Positions 8,419-17,634 of a stretch of DNA of 32,000 bases are shown here, piece after piece (position 1 is the first letter of the stretch; each line of letters starts with the position of its first letter). The notes beneath the pieces were generated by a model. The model ran no database searches, was not told where the DNA came from, and worked only from the letters and a program-made list of their open reading frames with translations. A program made the translations under genes and the position numbers. The DNA comes from Microcystis aeruginosa NIES-843 (lineage in GTDB: Bacteria; Cyanobacteriota; Cyanobacteriia; Cyanobacteriales; Microcystaceae), in the NCBI RefSeq assembly GCF_000010625.1, contig NC_010296.1, positions 1,980,001-2,012,000 of the forward strand. Direction: 5' to 3'.

Positions 8419-9060
8419 ATGGCACAAGCTGATCCCAATCGTATTTTAAGACTGTTACCCCTGTTCGCCGGCATCGTCGGGGGTACGGTATTAATGTTTA
8501 ATCGTTTTGCCACTGCCGATTTAACCCCATCGCAAGCGCGTTCCGATGTGATGGGAGTGATTTTGAGTGGGGTTTTAATTTTGGTGGGTTTAATCTGGCA
8601 AAGAGTTCAACCCCGCTTACCGGATGCTGTGGAATTAATCGGGCGCGAAGGCCTGGAATTTGCCCCAGATTTGCCAGAACCGGTTAAAATTGAGCTTGCT
8701 TGGGCTTCCCATTTACTTTTAACTAACACCGTGACAAAATCTCTGATCGTTTATTATCGGGGAGAAGTTTTATTACGTCGCGGTATCCTAAGGGAGAATT
8801 CTGAAGTTAAAGTTAGTAATATTATCAAAAGAGTTTTAGAAACCGGTAAAGCCGTTTATTTAGTTAATTTAAATTTATATCCCGCTAAAATCGAGTTTGA
8901 CTATTTGCCAGAAAACACCCAAGGCTTAATCTGTCAACCCATCGGTAAGGAAGGGGTGTTAATTTTGGCGGCAAATGCGCCGCGCAGTTATACTAAACAA
9001 GATGAAATTTGGATCGAGGGAATTGCTGATAAATTAGCCGACACTTTCAGTCAGTTTTAG
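8419..9060 (+). CDS. Conserved membrane-anchored protein, possibly CCB2/CCB4-like (DUF2930)
   Basis: 213 aa with two N-terminal hydrophobic helices and then a soluble domain. It starts 10 nt after the rpaB stop. The family assignment is from memory only. Confidence 0.6.
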   Translation: MAQADPNRILRLLPLFAGIVGGTVLMFNRFATADLTPSQARSDVMGVILSGVLILVGLIWQRVQPRLPDAVELIGREGLEFAPDLPEPVKIELAWASHLLLTNTVTKSLIVYYRGEVLLRRGILRENSEVKVSNIIKRVLETGKAVYLVNLNLYPAKIEFDYLPENTQGLICQPIGKEGVLILAANAPRSYTKQDEIWIEGIADKLADTFSQF

Positions 9061-9137
9061 ACGATTTCAGTAAGATTTAAGAATTTGGTTAAGATGAGAG
9101 TAAACAGTTAGCGATCGACCTGTAGCTACAGCAGTTA

Positions 9138-10367
9138 AGCTTTTACGCATTTAAGTTACATTGACAGCATTACCCTTATTTTTAAGTTTTCTACTCCATT
9201 TAATAATCAATCCCCCTTCATTTAAAAGCTGATTGACTACTTTTTCCAGTTCTTCTTTATTTTCAAATTCTCGATTAGCTATGTATTCTTTAGCGGAATG
9301 CCATACTAATTCTATTAGGTTGTAATCTGGACTATAAGCTGGTAAAAACTCTAGCCTAATATTGGGCAACTCTTTTTCCACCTGCTCAATAACATCTTTC
9401 TTTTTGTGATAACTAGCATTGTCTAATATAATGATAATCTTCGGTCCCTTTTCTCGAAAATCTTCGGGCAGATTTCCCAAGTTTATCCATTCTTGACGAA
9501 TCTCTTCATGAAGTTTCTTTAATTGTTCATGGAAAGTTTCTGAATTTCCTTTTTTGATCATAAAACAGACTCGTTTCTTATCATTATATCTTAAGGCTCC
9601 CATCACATTCACCCTTCCTCTTTTTCTTTGCCCATTCACTTTTTTTCGCTTTCCTTTTTTTGTCCAAGCTCTCCTTCTTATTACTCTCAAACTAAATCCA
9701 CACTCATGAGGGGCTGTGTGGCGAACCTGCGTCGCCACCTTGAAAGCCCCGTCCCAAAACCATACCTGGATTGACTCTGGCTTTTCTTTAGCCAACCTTA
9801 AATATTCATCTAATTTTTCTTTAAATGCTTTTCTTAATTTCTTGTCTTGCTTATCTTCTAGACTATATTTCGCCCAGATATACACATACTTTTTTCTTCT
9901 CAATATTCTTCTCACTTGCGAGCCACTCAGTTTAATTCCTGTTTCCTTTTCTAGATGCTCTGCTAATCTTGCTGCTGTCCATCTCCCGAATTCATATCCA
10001 AATTCCTTCGGGTCTTCATCAACTATTTTCAATAGTAAATTAATATATTCCTCTGTGGCTTTTTTATGATTTCCATTTTTTCTCCCATCTTCTAGACTTT
10101 CTAAATTGTTAGGATCGCCGTGAACACACCAAGGGGCGACCGTTTTGAGTGAACAGCCAATAAACTCAGCTATTTCTCGTTGAGTTTTTCCGTCGTTTAG
10201 CAAGAGAAACATTAAAATTCTTTCCCTAACCTCTGCTCTTTCTTCTTCTTTAAGAGCTTTTTGTAAGTTTTTCTTTTCTTCTAAGTCTAGGAAATCTTTG
10301 GCTGGCATAAGTAGGATTTTTCTCAAGTTACTATTTCTATTTTAGGTGGTTTAAGTGCGTTTTAGCT
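9138..10367 (-). mobile_element. IS630-family insertion sequence (type H)
   Basis: It has imperfect TIRs: AGCTTTTACGCATTTAAG at the left and the complement of AGCTAAAACGCACTTAAAC at the right. TA flanks lie at 9136-9137 and 10368-10369. The boundaries are approximate. Confidence 0.7.
9151..10326 (-). CDS. IS630-family transposase (HTH plus DDE_3) carrying a 15-aa in-frame insertion
   Basis: The sequence shows DNASYHKKK...LPAYSPDYNLIELVWH. The first catalytic-D region reads WFWD-GAFKVATQVRHTAPH-ECGFSL, where WFWDECGFSL is expected. Confidence 0.85.
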   Translation of the reverse strand: MRKILLMPAKDFLDLEEKKNLQKALKEEERAEVRERILMFLLLNDGKTQREIAEFIGCSLKTVAPWCVHGDPNNLESLEDGRKNGNHKKATEEYINLLLKIVDEDPKEFGYEFGRWTAARLAEHLEKETGIKLSGSQVRRILRRKKYVYIWAKYSLEDKQDKKLRKAFKEKLDEYLRLAKEKPESIQVWFWDGAFKVATQVRHTAPHECGFSLRVIRRRAWTKKGKRKKVNGQRKRGRVNVMGALRYNDKKRVCFMIKKGNSETFHEQLKKLHEEIRQEWINLGNLPEDFREKGPKIIIILDNASYHKKKDVIEQVEKELPNIRLEFLPAYSPDYNLIELVWHSAKEYIANREFENKEELEKVVNQLLNEGGLIIKWSRKLKNKGNAVNVT

Positions 10368-10570
10368 TATCTCAATGGTGAGATAGCTATACTTTGCCGG
10401 CGGCGATCGAAGCTTTTAAAAATCGTTGACTGATGCCAAATCCTTTTTTAATAGTGTGATTAACTGTCAATCCAATCTTCAAAACCCAGTTGACAAAATG
10501 AAGCTAAAAAATCGGGATTTTAAACCGATAAGCTCTGAGGATTTCGTTTTATCCAGAACTGAGTTAACCT

Positions 10571-11992
10571 GGCTCTTCGGGAATTGTTATGCAAATAATT
10601 AACTTAAAATAAAATTCGATGAGAGCACCTACGCTCAAAAGTAGCTGAAATCCATACAGGGAAGGACTTAAGGCACAAACAGGTTAATACCAAAAGATAG
10701 ACAATTGAGTTAAGATTTGATATAATAGCCAAAAACGAGATTATTTTACTTATGATACTTGACAAATTTTTGAACCTAAAAGGAACCTGTATTCAAGGCT
10801 ATCTACACCTAGAAAATATCGGTATAGTTTGCCGAATCGAATCGAAAAATCAAAAAGCAACCTGTCCTCGTTGTGGGTTAGAGAGCGATAAACTCCACCA
10901 AAATCATCGACATTTAGTCAAAGATTTACCAATCTCAGGTCAACCAGTATACCTACAAGTTAATCGTCGTCAATTTAAGTGCGATAATTGTCAGAAACCC
11001 TTGAGCGAAGAGTTAGATTTTGTCGCCAAGAAACGAACCTATACGAAAAGACTAGCCGCAAATATACTCGAACAATTAAAAGAAGGAGATATTTTAAATG
11101 TTAGTCGAATAAATGACGTAACGGAAGAAGAGATTCAAAGAATGATAGAGGACATCGCCGAAGAAATTACAGAGCCAGACCTATCGGAATTAAAAAGACT
11201 AGGAATTGATGAAATCGCTCTAGTCAAAGGACAAAAAAATTACTGTGCGGTTTTAGTAAATTTAGATACGGGAAAACTAATAGCTATTCTAGAGAAGCGA
11301 ACACAAGAAGAGTTGAGGGAAACGCTTACTGGGTGGGGAAAAGAGGTGTTAGAGCAAATTGAAGAAGTGAGCATAGACCTTTGGTTGCCCTATAAAAATT
11401 TGGTGAAAGAATTGATGCCATCGGCCGAGGTAGTCGCCGATAGATTCCATGTCATGAAACAAATTAATCAAGAGTTAGACGAACAGAGAAGAGCGGAAAA
11501 AAGAGCCGTAGAAGCGCAGAAAAATAAAAAACAGAAAGCGGAAAAAGAAGCGAAGCTAGAAGTTTTAAAGCGAAGTCAATATAGCCTGTTAAAAAATGAA
11601 GAAGATTTAACGGAACCCCAAAAAATTAAACTAGAAGCTATCAAAGAAAAATTCCCAAATTTGAAAAAGATGCAGGAATTAAAGGAAGAATTCAGAAAGA
11701 TTTATGAAACCTCAAAGAATCCGACAGAGGGACTGCTATCCATCTCGGAATGGTTGGCAAAATCCTCCAGTGTTTTTACCAAGAGTTGTCAAACAATCCG
11801 AAACTGGTTTGGAGAAATCATTAGTTATTTTGAGCGAAGGACAACGAATGGGGTGGTCGAGGGAATCAACAATAAACTTAAACTAATAAAACGGAGAGGC
11901 TATGGCTTGAGAAACTTTCGAAATTTTTGGGTTAGAAGTATGTTATCTTGGCATCTTGTATGTTGATTTAGCATAAAGGGTAACGAAGAGCC
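10571..11992 (+). mobile_element. ISL3-family insertion sequence, copy 1 (apparently intact)
   Basis: The TIRs are GGCTCTTCGGGAATTG... and ...GGGTAACGAAGAGCC. A perfect 8-bp TSD GTTAACCT lies at 10563-10570 and 11993-12000. Confidence 0.92.
10752..11966 (+). CDS. ISL3-family transposase
   Basis: 404 aa with an N-terminal zinc ribbon (CPRCG...CDNC) and a C-terminal NGVVEGINNKLKLIKRRGYG motif typical of ISL3. Confidence 0.9.
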   Translation: MILDKFLNLKGTCIQGYLHLENIGIVCRIESKNQKATCPRCGLESDKLHQNHRHLVKDLPISGQPVYLQVNRRQFKCDNCQKPLSEELDFVAKKRTYTKRLAANILEQLKEGDILNVSRINDVTEEEIQRMIEDIAEEITEPDLSELKRLGIDEIALVKGQKNYCAVLVNLDTGKLIAILEKRTQEELRETLTGWGKEVLEQIEEVSIDLWLPYKNLVKELMPSAEVVADRFHVMKQINQELDEQRRAEKRAVEAQKNKKQKAEKEAKLEVLKRSQYSLLKNEEDLTEPQKIKLEAIKEKFPNLKKMQELKEEFRKIYETSKNPTEGLLSISEWLAKSSSVFTKSCQTIRNWFGEIISYFERRTTNGVVEGINNKLKLIKRRGYGLRNFRNFWVRSMLSWHLVC

Positions 11993-12134
11993 GTTAACCT
12001 ACTGTTCACGGCTGAGAAGATTCTAAGAGTGATAACAAGTTTTGACTATGTTCGATATCGTAGGTGACAGATCTTTTATTATTTTTCTTAACTAGGGCTT
12101 GCTGAAAATTACTGAAAGCCTTACTAGAAAACGG

Positions 12135-12168
12135 TTCTGGCACTTTTTTAGCCAAAAAAGTGCCAGAA
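12135..12168. repeat. Perfect 15-bp stem / 4-nt loop hairpin (terminator-like or MITE fragment)
   Basis: The sequence is TTCTGGCACTTTTTT-AGCC-AAAAAAGTGCCAGAA. The AAAAAGTGCCAG motif also occurs in the MITE at 1112-1324. Confidence 0.5.
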
Positions 12169-12333
12169 ACAAACGTTGAGAAATCGATCCGAGGGACTCA
12201 AAACCCTTGCACTTTCGCTCTTCGGTGGTGATTCGGTAGTAGTGATGGCGGCTTAATCCTTTGCTTTGCTGTGCATTGTAGTCATGGATAAAATACCAAA
12301 GGGCTCCCCAACGTGATTCTCCATTTTTTTAGA

Positions 12334-13551
12334 AGAACTCTTGCAAATTAATTATATGTTATAATGATGGGTTAACTAATTTTCCCCAAAAAATTAGTTA
12401 ACCAGTACATTAGTCCTGAATGAAAACTTGAAGTTTAACTTTTAACTCAAAACTCTTTAGATATGCTTTAATTTGGTTATCAAAACCTCTTTATTTAAGC
12501 GGCACAAACTATCTCAATTTTTATAATTGAGAATAAATTCTCCTTGACTTGATTAATCTTTAGGCAACTTTTAAGAAGCTGCTATACCTATCCCTAACTC
12601 ACAGTTATAAATAGCCGCCAACAAGTTAACTCTTAAACTATATCTTCGACGACGATTCCGATATTTACAGGATAAGATTTTAAAGATTTTGAGTTTCCTA
12701 TTTATAGGTTCAATGATAATCCTTTCTTTGGCTAAAGCCTTGTTATACTCTTTTTCTAACTCTGTTAATTTTCTATTTTTCGATTTCTTTTTCGGTGTAT
12801 AACTATTACTATGGTATGCAGCTATTCCCTGATAACCACTGTCTTCTATGCTGGTAGTTAAAGGATGAAAACGAACTCGACTTTTTTTAAATAAACTAAA
12901 ATCATGACCTCTACCTTTCCCACAAAAGACACAGATAATTTCCTCGGTAGTTTGATCAGCTACTAATTGGGATTTTAAAGTATGATAACCTCTTTTACCC
13001 CCCAAAAAATCTTTCTGTTTCTTTTTGGGGCGTTCAATGGGAGTTTCCGTTACATCCATTACCGTTACGACCGGTATCTCTGCTTGATTTAGTAGAGCTT
13101 TTTTTCCTTTTAAACGGAAGTTTCCCGATTGTAAAAGCATTTTTTCCGTCTTATTTACAATCCGACATATAGTTGATTCTGATAGTTACCAGCTTGTACC
13201 AATGTGAAAATATGTTCTATATTCTCGCCAATATTCTAACGTTACTAAAACTTGTTCTTCTATAGATAGTTTAGGTTTCGGTCCCCTTTTAGATGGTGAA
13301 TTAGAGTCGGCTTCAACACTTTTTACTGATTCTACCATCTTTCTATAGGTTTGTTTATACACACCGAAACGGCGTTTGAATTGTTCATCTGATAAGTTTT
13401 GATAATCCATAATTTTGCTAATAAACATAGCAAAATTATAGATGATTTCCTGACCTAAGATCACATTTTATTCTTTTTTCCACTTCAATCTAAGAATTGA
13501 GAAAAAAGCAAAACCTTATATTATACCATAAAAAAATTATGCAAGAGGTCT
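12334..13551 (-). mobile_element. IS5-family-like (DDE_Tnp_4 type) insertion sequence
   Basis: It has ~31-bp imperfect TIRs: AGAACTCTTGCAAATTAATTATATGTTATAAT at the left and the complement of AGACCTCTTGCATAATTTTTTTATGGTATAAT at the right. A 3-bp TSD AGA lies at 12331-12333 and 13552-13554. Confidence 0.7.
12571..13464 (-). pseudogene. IS5-like transposase interrupted by one in-frame TAA
   Basis: ORFs 13186-13464 and 12571-13140 are in the same frame. The junction reads ...YFHIGTSW*LSESTICRIVNKTEKMLLQ... with TAA at 13186-13188. Confidence 0.75.
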
Positions 13552-13615
13552 AGAGAAAGATAGACTCTCTCTCACCAGCCGAGAAATCCTTTGTCTAAAG
13601 GTATTAAGTAGTCAT

Positions 13616-14880
13616 GCAAAATTAATTACCCAAATAAAAAATTAAGAAGTATAATACATAAAAAAACGAAGCAGCAGGAAAATACAATGAGATTGATTAG
13701 AGACCTAAACCCCGAGAGCCAGAAAATGCTAGAGAGAATTTATCGAGCTAGTAAACATCATCAAGTAAGAGAGCGAGCGAAATGTATACTCTTAAGTTTT
13801 CAGGGAACCACGATAGAAGAATTGAGCGGAATATTTGGAGTTACGAGAAAGACCATCTATAATTGGTTGACGGCCTGGGAAGATAGAAAACTAATTGGTT
13901 TTTATAATCGTCGAGGAAGAGGGAGAAAACCTAAATTGACAGGGGAGCATCTCACCTTTGCAATGAGCATAAATACTTAGTGGAAAAATAGGCTTTTCGA
14001 GGGTAATTCTTGTTTTAATTCTCCATGTACGCAGTCTTTAAAAGCCTCTATTTCGTTCCAAGACACGATTAAGAGTGGCTTTTAGGCTAAGTATAATTAC
14101 TTATCGCGTAAGTGAGATGCTCCCAATTGACAAATTGACAGAAGCACAAGGTCAACAAGTTATTGACTGGGTAAAAGAAGAACCGAAAAGCTTAAAAAAA
14201 ATCCAGATAAAAATTGTAGAAGAAGGGAAATTAACCGTAAGCAAAGACACGATAAAAAGACTCATAAAAAAAATCAACATGAGGTGGAAAAGGGTGAGAA
14301 GAGGGGTCGCCAAAACCCCTGATGAGTGGGAGCTTGAGGTCAAACTACCTATTTTAGAAGAACTAAAAAAACAGGAAAAAAGAGGAGAGATTGAGATAGG
14401 ATATTTGGATGAAATGGGAGGGGATTCAAAGCCTTGTATTCCTGACGCTTGGCAAGAAGAAAAAACCACGATAAAGTTACCACCAATTGAAGGTAAAAGA
14501 CTAAATATTTTAGGAATAATGAAACGAGATAATCAATTATTTTATGAGACACAGGTCGGAACGGTTACTAGCGAGATAGTTATTAATTTTCTGGATAAAT
14601 ATTGCCAAAATATACAGAAAAAAACTGTCATAATAATTGACCAAGCTTCCATTCATACCAGCGAGGCATTTATGGAGAAACTTGAGGAATGGGAAAAGAA
14701 AAACTTGAAAATATTTTGGTTGCCCACTTATTCACCTCATTTAAATTTAATTGAAATATTATGGAGATTTTTAAAATATGAATGGATTGAATTTAGCGCC
14801 TATAAAGACCGAAAGAGCCTCCTCGCTTACGTTAAAAAAGTGCTGGACAATTTTGGAGGCGAGTATGTAATTAATTTTGC
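13616..14880 (+). mobile_element. IS630-family insertion sequence (type G), disrupted by a MITE
   Basis: It has perfect 14-bp TIRs: GCAAAATTAATTAC at 13616-13629 and GTAATTAATTTTGC at 14867-14880. I could not identify a TSD. Confidence 0.7.
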
Positions 14881-14884
14881 CTAG
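13687..14884 (+). pseudogene. IS630-family transposase split by a 182-bp MITE
   Basis: The N-terminal part ends ...RGRGRKPKLT. The C-terminal part resumes (ID)KLTEAQGQQVIDWVKEEP...DQASIHTS...LPTYSPHLNLIEILW. Removing the insert restores KPKLTEAQGQQV in frame. Confidence 0.8.
13943..14124. mobile_element. 182-bp MITE (type D), TIR GGGAGCATCTCAC
   Basis: It runs GGGAGCATCTCAC...GTGAGATGCTCCC. The identical sequence recurs, split, at 18743-18851 plus 20215-20291. Confidence 0.9.
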
Positions 14885-15041
14885 GTACTTATTTAATCTT
14901 TCAATAGGATTAGTTTGACCAGTTTCTTTTCCGACTGGTCGATGACGTTTACTAGGAATTACTGTCTTATAGGACTCCCAAAAGTCTGTGGAAGCAACAG
15001 CGCATTGTCGGTAAACACCTGGTAAACTGGCCCCAAAGTTC
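14885..15041 (-). pseudogene. IS1-family transposase fragment
   Basis: The minus-strand translation is ...ASLPGVYRQCAVASTDFWESYKTVIPSKRHRPVGKETGQTNPIERLN... It is truncated on both sides, by IS630-G and by IS30. Confidence 0.55.
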
Positions 15042-16130
15042 GCCAATTCAAAAATGAAACGCATCAACCTCAAGAGTTGACAAAGAAAGGCTCATCAGGT
15101 ACTGTCTGATCATTAACAAAAACAAATCAGACCCAAAATGAGCCACCAACATCTTAACATAGAACAAAGAAACTTGCTCTACCAACTTAGTCAGGAGGGA
15201 AATTTATCTCAACGGCAAATGGCCGTCTGGCTCGGATGTCATCAAAGCACAATATCACGGGAATTAAAAAGGAATCAAAGTTCCCTTGGCTGCTATCTAC
15301 CTGACACAGCACAAGCTCAAAGCGAGACAAGGCGAAAAAATGCCAAACAACCCTTTAAAAATGTCAGCGAGTCAGCCTTAGAGTTGGTCAAAGAAGGATT
15401 GAAAGATTATCATAGTCCCGAACAAATAGCAGGTCGTCTGAAAAGAGCCAGTCAAGAATCTCTCAGTCACGAAACCATCTATCAAATGATCTATCAGAAC
15501 TATCACGGATGTGGAGAGTACCAGAAATATTTACGCCGGGGGCTTTGTCAAAGAAAGAGTCGAGGCGGAGCAAAAAGTAAGCGTGGAGGGATTCCAGGGC
15601 GTGTAGATATCAGCGAGCGACCAGTAATTGCTGACCAGAAAACTGAAATCGGTCATTGGGAAAGTGACACAATGATTGGAGGCAATCATCTAGGAGTTCT
15701 CGTTACTCATGTAGATAAAGCCTCGAAATTTTTAGGAGCAGGATTAGCCAAAAACAAAACCGCATCGGAAATCAATAGAGTCACAGAAAAACTTTTTCAA
15801 GAGATTCACCCTGACAAAAGAAAAACCTTTACTTGTGACAACGGCAAAGAATTTTGTGGACATCAAGAGTTGAGTCAGAAACTAGGAGCAGATTTTTATT
15901 TTGCTACTCCTTATCATTCGTGGGAGAGGGGATTAAACGAGCATACCAAGGGACTGTTAAGACAATTTTTCCCCAAGGGAACGAATTTTAAAATCGTTAA
16001 GCCAGAGGAGGTGGAAAGAGCCGTAAACTTGATTAACAATCGTCCTCGAAAATGTCTTGACTATCGTACCCCGAATGAGGTATTCTATAAAGGTAGATCA
16101 GACAGTGATGCAATTCAGACTTGAATTGGC
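15042..16130 (+). mobile_element. IS30-family insertion sequence
   Basis: The ~25-bp TIRs are GCCAATTCAAAAATGAAACGCATCA at the left and the complement of GCCAATTCAAGTCTGAATTGCATCA at the right (19/25 match). No TSD is present. Confidence 0.75.
15138..16124 (+). CDS. IS30-family transposase
   Basis: 328 aa with the HTH segment LSQRQMAVWLGCHQSTISRELKRN and the DDE region HWESDT...DNGKEF...YHSWERGLNEHTKGLLRQFFPKG. Confidence 0.9.
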   Translation: MSHQHLNIEQRNLLYQLSQEGNLSQRQMAVWLGCHQSTISRELKRNQSSLGCYLPDTAQAQSETRRKNAKQPFKNVSESALELVKEGLKDYHSPEQIAGRLKRASQESLSHETIYQMIYQNYHGCGEYQKYLRRGLCQRKSRGGAKSKRGGIPGRVDISERPVIADQKTEIGHWESDTMIGGNHLGVLVTHVDKASKFLGAGLAKNKTASEINRVTEKLFQEIHPDKRKTFTCDNGKEFCGHQELSQKLGADFYFATPYHSWERGLNEHTKGLLRQFFPKGTNFKIVKPEEVERAVNLINNRPRKCLDYRTPNEVFYKGRSDSDAIQT

Positions 16131-17634
16131 CTTGAAAGGTTGCAATTGTTCTAGTTCTTTAGCCAAAACCTTCACCCCTTTTTCATAAGTTCCTTCTACC
16201 AAATGCACTAGAGGTTTTATACCCTTCCAAGTCATGTTAGAAGCCCAATTAAGAGCCGCATCAATTGAATCTAAAATTGCCCCATTCCAATAGTTCTCTA
16301 AGACGGCCCAACACCGTTCAATGGGATTATATTTACTATGGCATTTGCGGGTAGTAAATGAGCCGTATTTGCCCCTGGGTTTTTTGGGCAAATTCTACCA
16401 TTCTTTTGATAAATTGAGTGCGGTTGCTGCGAGTGGCGGCTCCTCCATCTAAATCAATGACTAATTCTTCTAAGCCTGGATAGATTGCTTGATTTTCTTG
16501 CCACCACAACTCTAAACAATCTGCCACAAAATCTGAGGTTTCAGCCGATTGACCGAAATAAATTGACAGGCGTTCTCCCCTCATATCTAGAATTCCTAAA
16601 GGGACTAAAACAGCCCGCCATTCACTATCATGATCATCCGCTTTTAATGGCTCGAGATAGCGGGCTTTACCCTCACGAGACAAATTTCCTATACTTTGCA
16701 CGGCTATAACTTGCATTTTTTACTCAAGGACAATAATATAGTTTAAGAGTCATAATTAGAAGCAAAGCACTCATTGAAAACATGATTAACCTAGAATTCA
16801 CCGAAGAAGAAAAGAACTCACTGTATTATGAAAGATTTCATCATCCTCATCCCCGGGTTCAACTGAAGATGGAAGTTCTCTGGTTAAAGAGCCAAAAGAT
16901 ACCGCACAAAAAAATTTGTCAGTTAGCAGGAATCTCGCCAAATACCTTATTAACCTATCTTCGAGATTATGAAGAAGGCGGAATAGAAAAATTAAAAGAA
17001 ATCAACTTCTATCGCCCTAAAAGTGAATTAGAGTCTCAAAAAGAAACGCTCAAAAAATACTTCGAGAAAAATCCACCAGTCACAATAAATGAAGCTGTAT
17101 ATAGGAGAGAAGAATTGACGGGAATAAAACGAAGTCCTACCCAAGTGAGAAAATTTTTAAAATCAATGGGAATGAAATGTATAAAAGTAGGTTCTCTTCC
17201 TTCTAAAGCTGACCGGGATGAACAAGAGGACTACAAAGAAAAAAAGCTAGAACCCAGACTAAATGAGGCTAAAGAAGGAAAAATGGCTGTTTTTTTTGTT
17301 GATGCCGCTCACTTCGTCATGGGAGCATTTCTCGGTTTTGTTTGGTGTTTTGAGAGACTTTTCGTTAAGTCACCGAGCGGGCGTAAACGCTTCAATGTTT
17401 TAGGAGCATTAAATGCGATAACTCATGAAGTTATTATGGTTACTAATGACACTTATATTACAGCAGCTCAAGTCTGTGAACTTCTTAAAAAAATAGCTGC
17501 TTTAGGAATAACTATTCCCATCACTCTAGTATTAGATAATGCCGGGAGCAAGTCAAAGCTGAAGAACAAATAAACTACTTGACAAAAGCATCAATTGGGT
17601 ATGGGATAGAGAAAAGAGTGGGGAAAAGACAAAA

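Noticed and set aside
9716-10069. 117-aa ORF antisense to the IS630-H transposase
   Set aside because: It is a shadow ORF in an AT-rich gene, with low-complexity S/L/F composition. ORFs 14152-14469, 14349-14552, 16485-16709 and 18260-18451 are rejected for the same reason.
11704-11886. 60-aa alternative-frame ORF inside the ISL3 transposase (repeated at 22026-22208)
   Set aside because: It is conserved between the copies only because the whole IS is duplicated. It overlaps the clearly coding transposase frame.
12115-12330. An open minus-strand frame (GESRWGALWYFIHDYNAQQSKGLSRHHYYRITTEERK...) that looked like an integrase or transposase C-terminal remnant
   Set aside because: It has no start codon, and there is a stop immediately upstream once the IS5-like insert is removed. 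The resemblance to rve-type C-termini is too vague to call without a search.
16692-16716. Met start of ORF 16336-16716 (MQVIAVQSI...)
   Set aside because: The first 8-9 codons come from the IS630-B1 left end. The real ISAzo13 coding sequence begins at the TA target (GNLSREGK...).
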